64,000 nucleotides of DNA, from the NCBI GenBank assembly GCA_037447605.1, contig CM074813.1, forward strand, positions 2,542,001 through 2,606,000, given 5' to 3'. This DNA is from Zygnema circumcarinatum SAG 698-1b. Taxonomy: Eukaryota; Plantae; Zygnematophyceae. Below the pieces are notes generated by a model. It was not told the DNA's origin and ran no database searches. It was given only the letters and a program-made list of their open reading frames with translations. This document shows positions 30,603-41,559 of this stretch, piece after piece; positions within the stretch are counted from its first letter, which is position 1, and every line of letters begins with the position of its first letter. Both the position numbers and the translations under genes were made by a program.

Positions 30603-30769
30603 CAGTGGCGGGTCCACGGTTGCGTTTGGGGGGGCTTAGGCCTCCCTCAGATTTTAAAAAGCTGTTAGAATTTGAAGGTTGAATAGCAAAAATGCACTCG
30701 AATTTCATTTTTTTTATTCAAACTCACTGGGCAGTCCCCCTTTACACTAAAATCCTGAATCCGCCCCTC
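30603..30769. mobile_element. Decayed hAT-like MITE, about 167 bp
   Basis: Ends CAGTGGCGGGTCCACG and CCTGAATCCGCCCCTC are imperfect inverses resembling the common CAGGGGCGGATCCAGG hAT TIR, with subterminal G8 and C5 runs. The TSD is not resolvable in the CT-rich flanks. Confidence 0.6.
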
Positions 30770-31648
30770 CTCTCCCTCATTCCCTCCCCTTCCCTGCTGT
30801 CTCTCCGTCCGCTTTCTGCCCACTCGCATCCCCCAAACATGAAGACCGTCCCTTTCTTTTCGATCTGTAACGCTTCAGGCAAAGTAAGCTGTTGGATAGA
30901 AACCATCCGAGACGAGTACTGGCATTTCGCGATCCTTTCATATTGTATGCCGTTAACTCTGTTAGAAGAGGGCCACAAGGTAACCTCGGGCCCGTTTGCA
31001 CGCGTGTGATGAACCGTTTTTCCGCCGCCGGCGCATGCACGCATGCATGCGCCAATTCACAGCTCTCTCTTGGGTCCGCCACGCTTTCTCTTTGGGATGG
31101 GCATGTGGCCACCACATCTCCATAAAATGAGACATCGACCCATGGCCACGGGCATGGCATTGTCCACGACGTCCCAGGAAACGAACCCTAAAACATGGAC
31201 ATGGACACATGAAATCCACCATGAATGTCGTCCACAACCTGACCATGCTCTGAGACAACGACTTCAGCAGTCTCAAGGGTTCCGCACACTGCGACCATTC
31301 GCCACCAGTCAAGAATTGTCCACAACAATTTTCATTCAGTGATTGCATAGAATCCCAAACACCGTCTACTACCAGCCCCGCACCCCATTACTGACGCAGA
31401 AATTAAAGAATGTTCACAACAATTACCTTCCAATAATTGCATAGAATCCTCAAAACAGGCCAACACCCGCCCACAACCCGCTGCCTCTGTCACACGGGAG
31501 GCAACGGCAGCTACTACCCCCCCCTCCTCCCCCTTCAATTTAAAACATATAGGTTTTGGCCATATATTTGGCCAAAACCTGGACACGCCATTGGAGCAAA
31601 AAAAACGTGACAGAAACTGAAACCGAAGAAGGTCGCATGGAAGAGCCG

Positions 31649-34600
31649 TCATATGGCATCCAGGGCCTGCATGACGTCATCATGGATGTCTTCGTACTTC
31701 TCAATTCCGCAGCTGAATCGAACCAAGTTGTCTTTGATCCCCAACTTCGCCCTCTCAGCGGGGCCGTAATCCCTGCACCTCCCTCCCAATAAGACAATAA
31801 GGGGAGCTGCCATCTTCTCCAGACAGAGAGAGAAAAAAGAGAAGAAAGAGAGCGAGAAGGGAAGGAGCAGTGCGAGAGAGTACTCAAGCTGACTCAGCTT
31901 CAACACTTGAAACCACCCTGCACCCAATTTTGAGAAAAAAAGGGGTCTTTTGGGTTTTGCGGGATTTTAGGGGTTTAGGGGGCGGCTGCTGACCAGTAGG
32001 AGATGATTGTGGGCTGCTCCACCAGACTCTCGCAGCCCCCTAAGGAGGGGGCAATGTACGGAATCCTCAGACCATCGACAAAGTTAGAGGTCCTCTTCAA
32101 GTCCCCATCAATCTGAACATCGGAGAACAACAAACTGTCAGACCTGACATTACATAAACAAGTTTTGTTTACATGTCCGATTTCATCAACAACTCTCCTT
32201 CTCCCCACCCCGCCCCACCAAAAAGAAAAGCTTCATGTCCACTCCCCAGTCCTCCCCTTCCTCCCTTCACTCCCTCCATTGCTCCCTCTCTCTCACTCAC
32301 TCTCTCTCTCCCTCTCTTCATCTCTCACTGCCTCTCTCTCTCACTCTTTCTCTTCCTCCCTCTCCCTCTCTTCATCTCTCACTGCCTCTCGCTCTCCCTC
32401 CCTCTCTCTCCCTCCCGCTCATCTCTCACTGCCTCTCTCTCTCTCTCACTCTCTCTCTCTCCCTCCCTCTCCCTCTCTTCATCTCTCACTGCCTCTCCCT
32501 CCCTCCTCTCTCCCTATCTTCATCTCTCACTGTCTCTCACTGTCTCTCTCTCTCTCACTCTCTCTCTCCCTCCCTCTCCCTCTCTTCATCTCTCACTGCC
32601 TCTCTCTCCCTCCTCTCTCCCTCTCTTCATCTCTCACTGCCTCTCTCTCTCCCTCCCTCTCTCCCTCCCTCTCTCTCTCTCTCGTCTCCCTTCATGGTCT
32701 AGTGGCGCACCTCGAAGCTGATGACCCCCCCGAATCCCTTCATTTGCCGCACGGCGATGTGGTGTTCCGGATGACTCTCCAACCCCGGGTAGTGCACGCG
32801 CACGATCTGAGGGCGAATAAAGGAAAAGAAAGAAGGGGGGAGGTTGGGAGAAGGGACATAAAGGAACGGCAAACGAAAGCTGCCCAACAGATGATATGTC
32901 TCAACAGAATGTTTGCCCATTAGTTTTGGAGACTACAAAGATCAAAAAGGATAATGATCCATCTAAATGTTTTAACATACCTTGTGATGAGCTTCGAGCG
33001 CACGTGCGAGCTTCAACGCAGTCTCATTCTGCCGTTGAACTCGCAGGTCCAAAGTTTTGATTCCACGCAATATGAGGTAGGCCGCATGCTGCCATGCATA
33101 AAGCGCAAACTATAAGGCATAAACCGAAACCTCATTGGTGCTACTGAAGGTTAAGAAATGCAAGTTTCATAGTCAACGTTCCTTCCTTTAGAACAGCCAA
33201 CTGAAACCCTAAAAAGATCAAATGCATTTCCAACTAGTTTTTCTTTCCTTCTCTTTCCTTCCCCAACCTTCAGTTTTCCCAACGCTCAAGAGGTGGTGCC
33301 TGAAATAGATGACCGTTCAGATCAAATTCAAGAAGAAAGGGTCGAAGGGTCTGTCTTGTGTTTTCCAACAAAACCCATTAAGAACTCAGTCCTCATTTCT
33401 TTGACATTGTTCACAAACCATGTGACCATTTCACCCTAAAAAGAAGAAAGCACTCACCGGGTCGACCACTCCCCCCAAAACGTTGTGCAGTGCTCTCACT
33501 GCGGATATGCATTTGCGAGACCCGCTCAATGACCCTCCCAATACCTGTCACAAATAATGTACACATATTGCAAATTTTGTCTTTAGACTATAGACTCTTT
33601 TGCAGCTGCACCACCCCTAAACCCATCCCAAGATTTTGCCTTGCCCCACAAACGACATGAAGTACGATCTTTTGCGGATGAATTGGGGCACAAAACAGAC
33701 AGTACACAAGTCAATACTACTTTAAAGAGCACAGATTTATGCTTCTTCAAGAGCAGTGAGAGCTCACATCATTGTGTCCTGCAAGATATTTGGTCGCAGA
33801 ATGGAGCACCATATCGGCTCCGAGTGCTATTGTCTTTTGGTTTATGGGAGTTGCAAAAGTGCAGTCGATGCAGACCAACGCCCCCTTCGCATGACACAAC
33901 TTTGAGACCAACTCCACATCGATGCAGCGAAGGTAGGGATTGGTGGGAGATTCCGAAAAGAACAAAGAAACCTGTACATGCATACATATACGTTCCAATT
34001 TTGAGGATGGAGTTTGACGAAATCGGATCGTGGTAGTGGCAGTCAAAAGTCGCCAATGAAGACTGTGATTTAAGTGATGGGAGTTGAGAAAAGAAGGAAG
34101 GGGGAGGAGGGGTCCACCTTATGCTGGTCTAATGCTCTCTCCAAAGATTCCATGTCAGCCGGATCGATGACAGTTGTCTGCACATTGGTCCGAGATTGGT
34201 TTTCAAGTTTTCCGAGGTTTCTAGAAAACACTTGACAGCGTATATAGCAGCCGATCTTTGTACGAGATGAAGCTCATGAGAGTGGAGAGGAGAGAGAGAG
34301 AGAGAGAGAGAGAGATGGGGGCTTACTGTGATTCCCATCTTCGGCAGAACCGTTTGAATGAACTGCCGAGTTCGCCGGTAGCAGTCGGTGGTAGTCACAA
34401 TATGACCTCCGGCGGGTACGAGAGCAAGCAGCATAGTGGTGGCAGATGACATTCCTGAAGCAGAGAGAAGGGTCTCTTCCGCTCCTTCTATCTGACTGCA
34501 ATCAAATTTCAAAAAGAAAGAGAGATTTAAGTGAATCATTCTTCAGCTGAGATGAGTTTTATGGGGCAAAGTTGCTTTCTTTTTAGCAGAGTGGGAAAGA

Positions 34601-36567
34601 TTTTTTCTGAGAAATGAAGTGCCTGGGTTTACATAAACTGTCAATGGCTATGTTTCTTCTTCAGCGCACTCAAAGTAGATATTTACCTCACCTGATTTTC
34701 TCCTCGACCGTATTCGTTGTCGGATTACCATATCTTCCATACTCAAAACTCGGATACGAACCTTCCTGTTAATGCACAATGGTCAATGCTACCTTTGTTA
34801 AAGGGGAAGCAGAGACTTCAAGTTGAACCTTTGCCGATTTCATTTACTTTCCAAGTATCATTGCATGTCTCATTGTAGGTCTTTGACTTGAAACAGGGAG
34901 GAATATATGTGTATTATGTATGTGTATGCATTTTGTATTCACAGTTTCCCCGAAAATTTATCTGCTGAGTCCAACAAGCAAGGATCTATCACCATCTTGC
35001 AATATTTTCGAGAAAATGAAGTGAAGGCTGTTGAATGCCATTAATTGAAAACAATATTAAAAGAGTTGATAGATTTTGGAAAGGTACGCTAAATTGGTAG
35101 CGTAGACATGGGCTGCTTACCAAAAAGGAGATCAATTCAGCAGTGTTCTTAAAGAAATAAGTCGCAGTTTGAACGATTGGCGTTGTTAGAGAGTCGGAGA
35201 CTTTCGGCCTTCCCTGCCGCTCTCCTGCATTGCATCAGAAAAACTTCCTGATCAACACTCCATCAGGAAAATAAAATGTTTCCAAAATTCATTGAAGAAG
35301 GGATTTCAAGAACACGATCCTATCAGGATTCAGGAGAAAACCTGAACGAACAACCAGATAAGCTAAAAGACATACACAGGAGGGAAACAATGAAAAAGTT
35401 AGGAAGAAAGCGGAGGAAGGAATGAGAGAATACGAAACTGGATGCATGAGGAGAGGGAGATGGGCGGGTGGAGTAGTGAGAGAGGAAGTGCGACGAGAAA
35501 TAGAGGGAGATATAGAGTGTCGGAGGGAGAACAAGCGAACATGGAGAGGGAAGGAGAGAGGACAGAAGAGAAAGAAGAGAGAGGGGAGAAAAACTATGGG
35601 AAATGGTACGGATGGAGGAGGCGGCCGTGTGATGAAGACAAAGAGAAAGTCGAATGAAGAAAAAAGGAGCGAGGGGAGGGCAGGAGAGAGGAAGGGCAAT
35701 GGAAAGGAGAAAAAGAAAAGGCAGGGGAAAGAGGGCAAGGACGAAGGCGCAAAAAAACAAGAAAAGTTAAACAGGAGAGAAATAGGCAAAAGGAGAAAAA
35801 CGGGATAGAGAGAGAGCACGACAGGGGGGAATAGAGAAGGAAGAGAGGGAGGAGAGAGCGACACAGCGAGAAAAAAGAGGGAGAAAAGGGAGAAACAGAA
35901 AAGGAGGAGAGGGGCGAGCGAGAGAAGCAGAGAATGAAGAGTGGGAAACAGAGGAGGAAGAGAGGGTGGAGAGGGCGGGAGAGGAGTAGTGTGTGGGCGG
36001 ATCAAACAATGGATTGCCAGGACTTCTTCTAAGACACCCGTTGTGTAATCAGTTGAAGCCCAAACCTCAAAAGGAACTGACATTTAAAGCAAGGGAACTC
36101 TCCTTCCACACCCCCCACCTCCCACACGCACAGCTCCGAAGGCTCCCTCCCTCACCTCCATGCACAGCCACAGTCGCGGTGTCAGGCTCCGCATTCTCCC
36201 CAGAGCTTCCCATGTGCCCATTACTGAACTGAATGTCGGCATCCGTCGCTACAGCCATGCCATGATCCGAAGCAGCTACAACCTTCGCATCGGATGCTGC
36301 GGCTGCTACAGCCGGCATCCCCCTCTCCCGACTGGCGGATGGCGAAATTAGGGTTTCCTGGGGTCGGAACAAAAGAGAGGGGAGGGAGAATCTAAGGTTT
36401 GCTCTATAGGCGGAGCTTTTGAGAGGCGTGCTGAGGGAGGGCCTCTTTGCAGGGCGGCTCAAAGGGGTGGGCTTCAGGGAGTAAGGAGAAGGGGCGGCCT
36501 CCTGCAGACTGAGGGAGGAGAGGGAGAGGGAGGAGGAAGAAACATGGATGGAGGGAATGGAAGCCAT
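31649..36567 (-). CDS. CGS: Cystathionine gamma-synthase, plastid-targeted, 11 exons
   Basis: [72 protein letters not shown] (PLP lysine), [23 protein letters not shown] and LVRFSCGIE...ALDAI*. Confidence 0.95.
32280..32690. repeat. Intronic minisatellite with core CCCTCTCTTCATCTCTCACTGCCTCTC, about 8-9 degenerate copies
   Basis: tcttcatctctcactg recurs at roughly 40-60-bp spacing within a CT-rich tract. Confidence 0.85.
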
Positions 36568-37988
36568 GGCACCTGCCCTCTTCGGCCCACCCTCCCTCTC
36601 TCTCTCTATCAACCTTCCCTTTTCCCCTTCTCACTCTCTCTCTCTCTGTCTCTCCCTTCCTATATCTCCTTCTGCCTCTCTCTTCCTCACTCTCTATCTA
36701 GTCTCTCGCCCTCTCTCTATCTCTCTGCGAGTAAGGCTTCGATAAAGAACTATAATGACCAATATCTGGCGAATACCCCAAGCCCGCCCTGGCGTAGCTC
36801 TTGAAGCCTTGAACCCTCCCTCGATCGCAGTGTTCACCAGTGGCTTCTTCGCTTTAAAAAAAAAAAAAAAAAAAGAACAAAAACAACCAGAAAAAAATCA
36901 CACCCTAAAGCTGCGCCTGAAAAAAACCATCAATGAACATCCTCCAGAAAGCTCAGCTTGCTCCACCTTCACCCAGGGCCCCTCGCCCAGCTCCCTTAAA
37001 CCCTAAACCCTAATCCTCCAACCCTAATCCCTCATCAAGGGATCCTCTCAAGAGCGAGCGAGGAGGCACAGTCGCCGCCCGCCAACCCCTCCAGCTGTCA
37101 GCTCACTTGGTTCGCGTTCTATGTTGGCCCAAAACGGCCCGTTACAGTCATTTACCAAATATCGGAAGAGCATTGATATAGCGTGGATCTGCGAGATACT
37201 GTACTCATTTTGAAAGGGACTGATTCGGGAACACGTTTGACCGTACGGGTTATCACTACCGTACAGTACCTACAGTACTGTACTGTAATTCATTTTTTTT
37301 TTGGAACAGCCAAAATCGTTACTGTTCAATTGTTCAAATTAATGGTAGTGGGATGGTGCGACGCTTTCTCCTTGTGCGACATAGTACTCATATTGCGACA
37401 TGTGTGCGACATGGTTCTATAGTGCGCCAACATGATAAGTCGCACGTGCGACTGGCTAACAGAAATTGTCCGCTACCTGCCCGTTCGACGGTTGATCTCG
37501 CGATGCTAGAACCCACGCAAATTTACGACATGGGACCCGGAGAGGCTTCCAAAAGCGGCATACTGTACGATTTCGAAGCTGGAAATCTGTACGGATATCG
37601 TACAAACTAAAAAATGACGCCAGCAAAGACAAAAACCTGGGGACACGTGATTGGCCCACTTTCACGTGCGGTGTGTCCCTGGGAAACTGCGGTGTGCGCT
37701 TAACGCGACCCTAAAAGCAGAAACTGGAACAGAAAGCGTTCCAGAGGCCTCACAAGGAGACCGCCTTCAGGCCGGGGGAGAGCCACTTATGCTTCTCCTT
37801 CGGCAGCTGAGACGGCCCCAACATCGCACCCTGCAAACCCATCGCACCCTAAAAACCCTAAAAACCCTAAAAACCCTAAAAACCCTAAAAACGGCTTCTT
37901 CTACCTACCTACCTACCCACCTACCTATCTGGAAAGGCGCACTCTCCTCACGCTATTGCCAGGAACATGGAGCATGACTAGAAAGTGA

Positions 37989-39665
37989 CTAAGGAAACTC
38001 CCATCCCTCAAACGATGTCCTTCCTACTTTACCACGAGCCGAATTTAGGGCTCCCTTGAATACAGCATAACTACTGAAGAAGGCGGTGACAAGCAGCCAT
38101 TCCCCGAGGGAGAGGTTCCCCTCATCTCCTCTTCCGTCACAAACCCAAGTCGTACATTTCCGTCCCTCTACCGCTTTCCTGGAGTCTCTCTCTAAGCTCC
38201 GATTCTGATGTATCCTACTGCCGGTATTTGACACAACACTGTTTGAAGATTTGGCAAAATTGGCCCTGATTCCATGAGAACAAAACGGCTGATCCCCCTG
38301 CAACCTTGCAGGCGTTTTTAGTTTGGTGCATTGAGCTGGCGATTGTGCAGCGACTGAAGAAGACACCTCTTCCTTGCAAATAACTTTATTGTCAACTTCC
38401 CCTGCGTCGATGAATTTCACCATCCCCCGCACTCGCCATGTGCCTTTGTGGCCATAGGGCAGGCGGGCTCCCAATATTACAGCATCCAAAGGGTCTCCTA
38501 TAAAGACACAAAATGAACAAGCTAAGAAGGTGGGATATGCCATGTTTTGAGACATTTGCGGGGTATCACTCTTCAAGCTCATCTGAAAATTCTTCTACTC
38601 TGAAAATGCTATCCAATCTAAAACCATTACTATATTGAAAGTCAAGTTTCTGAGAGCACGATTAAAATATGCCCAATATATGTCTATTGGAGCACTATCA
38701 TGTCAGGACTTTAAGTAAACTAACCACAATTTCAGGAGTTTTCTCATCCCATTCATTGACCATTTTGTCTATTCTTTTCAAAATTAGGGTTCAGACTTGG
38801 GATTGAGCATGACGTACAAAAGCTTTTTGATTACTATGTGAGTTCAGAAACGATTTCAAACTATTGATTAGGGCTGAATGACAAAAATATTGGTATGAAG
38901 CCGGAGCAGTAATTCGAAATAAGTTTGAGGTTTATCTGACGAACAGGTTGAAAAGTCAATGTGATGTCCGATAAAAGGTGAGGTCAAAACACAGATAGGA
39001 TTAAAATGTGTCGTTGTCGGACTACAGCACAAACTATTACGATTAGAGCCAGAAAGCATCTCGTAGAAGTGTGAGTCAACAAAACTTGACACATAGACAT
39101 TACTAACGATAAAGAAACAAAAGGCGTAGGCGCAGCATCTCACCATCTGGTGCAGGAATCCTGGGAATAGAGCCATAGTTGAACGGACATGGAATGGGGC
39201 CGACCACATCCACACAGCCATCAGGTCGACGCTTCACAAAGCTCCCGCGGGAGACTTCTACCACCACGTCTACATACTCCGGGACGCATATCTGAAACCG
39301 AGAGCCCGAGCTTCACCCTCTTAAAGCTGATTGGGCTCACATTTGTTGAGGAAAATGATACATATGAAAGCATGGAGTCCTTGATTTGAAAATCGCAAAA
39401 AGAAAGAACGAAAGGAAGAAAGCAGGCAAGAAAAAAATATATACTTTTTGAAAATGCAGAAAGCAAACCCTAACCCTAACCCTACCTCTAACCCTAACCC
39501 CAACCCTAACCCTAACCCTTCCTAGCCCTTCCTTCCTTCCTCAAACACATCTAAGAAAAGCATAGAGGGCATAAAGGAGCCAACCTCTACAGCATATTTC
39601 ATCGCCCAGCACCCATACATCAGAGAAAAAACGCTTTGTTGAATTTAACCCCGCGTGAGACAGAA

Positions 39666-39703
<38 letters not shown>

Positions 39704-39792
39704 AGATGCCTAGCACCTGCGCTTCTTCGCTCTCGTCCAAGCTGCCGCCATGGCCGCCCGACGGAGGCCATGGCACCGCTCTGCTGCTCCAT
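37989..39792 (-). CDS. Short, divergent family I inorganic pyrophosphatase-like protein; 5' exon structure uncertain
   Basis: An exon ending at 39144 reads VDVVVEVSRGSFVKRRPDGCVDVVGPIPCPFNYGSIPRIPAPDG and splices to the exon starting at 38497, DPLDAVILGARLPYG...VKFIDAGEVDNKVIC. The C-terminus is FFSSYAVFKGALNSARGKVGRTSFEGWEFP*. The DGDPLD and NYG signatures are present. Confidence 0.8.
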
Positions 39793-40407
39793 GTTTCACG
39801 GCCGGCGCCCTCCAGGGTGGAGGATGGCGAGATGCAGCAGCGGGTGTTCTGAGTTTAGGGTTTTGAGGTTGGGATTAGGGTTTAGATTAGGGTTAGTTTA
39901 GGGTTCAGGTTGGGGCTCGCTTCATCAGGGTTTAGGCGAAGGGTTCAGGGACGGTACGGTATTGGAAGCGCGCGGCCGCCAGCCATGGACCATCGTCACC
40001 GCCCAAACCGACCATTACCAATCGTTGGCACCATCGGTTGGCTCGGACTGTTCCCTGTTATTTTTACAAATGGTTACCCTTAACAGAGACCGTAGGATAA
40101 CTACCGCATAGAGACGGGAAGTCAGTTGAATCTGCGCGACGTTAGACCGCGTACACTGCAAATCTGGAAATATGCCATGAGGCCGCCACCATGAGCCCCA
40201 AACCTGTACCCGTTCTATAAAACAATAATGCATGCAGATATTTTCCCTCCCTCCAATCGCCTGATCCCAAACTTCCCATCTTTCCGGAGAATTCATACCG
40301 TCCGATCCGCAGATTTTTCCCTTTTCCCTCAGGCAGATCTCGGAGGTGCCCCAATCGGATTCCACGGACGTTTCCATTTAAGGTTTCTCGTTCAGTGGTA
40401 CACTTCA

Positions 40408-40803
40408 AGCCAATCAGAAGCCACCGACCACCCCTTGGGATGCCACGTCGAGAGATCTGGTGGTTGGGGGCTGTGCAACGTGGCGGACAGTTTGTCGTAT
40501 TCGACTAGAGTAAGCATATCGCCAGTTCATCAGCGTATCGCCGGTGTATCGTCTGCGACCGACAGAACTTGCCGGCGCTGGCAAAAAACGTAATTTACAG
40601 TACCGCTTCGGCCGGCAAATGGTAAGGTAATACTGTAAAGTAGCGCAAACCGGCAGCGGCAGCGGCAGCAAGGTACGGTATGTCGGTCGCTGTCGATACG
40701 CCGTCAGGGTGGCGATATATCCCCATGTTACACAGAAACGACAAAACCTACCGCCCCTATCGACTTTCGACGGGCCATCCGTTGTCGGTGGCTCCTGATT
40801 GGT
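40408..40803. repeat. Degenerate inverted repeat of about 400 bp (arms about 190 bp, spacer about 28 nt)
   Basis: Colinear inverted matches: ccaatcagRagccaccgac, ggatg..cgtcga, tttgtcgt, atatcgcca, gcgtatcg, gcgaccgaca and tttacagta. Confidence 0.75.
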
Positions 40804-41495
40804 TGCAGCATTTTCACCAACGTCATAGATGTGCGCATAGCATTTTAACGACGCGCCGTTTATATATCAGACGGGTAAGCACACACCGCATACAGTTTTC
40901 CATAACGACAAAACCGCCCCTGCTGAGATTGCTAGTTTGCTAAACTTTCCATACCTTACGCCATGACGTCACCTACGGTATGTTATGCCATCACTCATGG
41001 CAACCCGCATACGTCATCCGTTGGAAACTGAGATTTCCAGTTTGTCACCGACGTACCCCTAACGAATGAGCCGTGGCAGGAAAATTTGATTTGGTGGAAT
41101 TGCGTTGACCTCATTCCAAGGTTCCATGATACAGTTCCAGTACGGCACACCGTAACTGCGCCCCATCCATGGACGATTAGGGTTTGCAAAAGCTCCGTCG
41201 CCTGCAGCACTTGTTCCCTGCCGGTGGGAGCTCTTACAGCAGTTCCCAGGGGCAGCTTTGGCTGCTGAAGAGAGAGAGAGAGTTGCATGGCAGAGCCGGG
41301 CGCTGCCTGCATGCCGCAGGCTTTAATAAGAGTAAAAAGAGACTGTACAGCCTTCTCATAATTTCTCTCATTGCGGATTGTAATAGCCTCTCTCTTTCTC
41401 TCTCGCTCTCTCTCACTCACACACACACTCGCTCACTCCCGTCACAGTCGCTGCGCTCGCTTGGGCTCCCCCTCCTCTCCCTTCGTCTCCCTCGC

Positions 41496-41528
<33 letters not shown>

Positions 41529-41559
41529 TCGCCCCCCCCTCGCTCTCCTCCCGGGCGCC

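Noticed and set aside
37651-37977. Plus-strand ORF with KTLKTL repeats resembling a presequence
   Set aside because: Translation of the CCCTAAAAA array; no supporting downstream exons.
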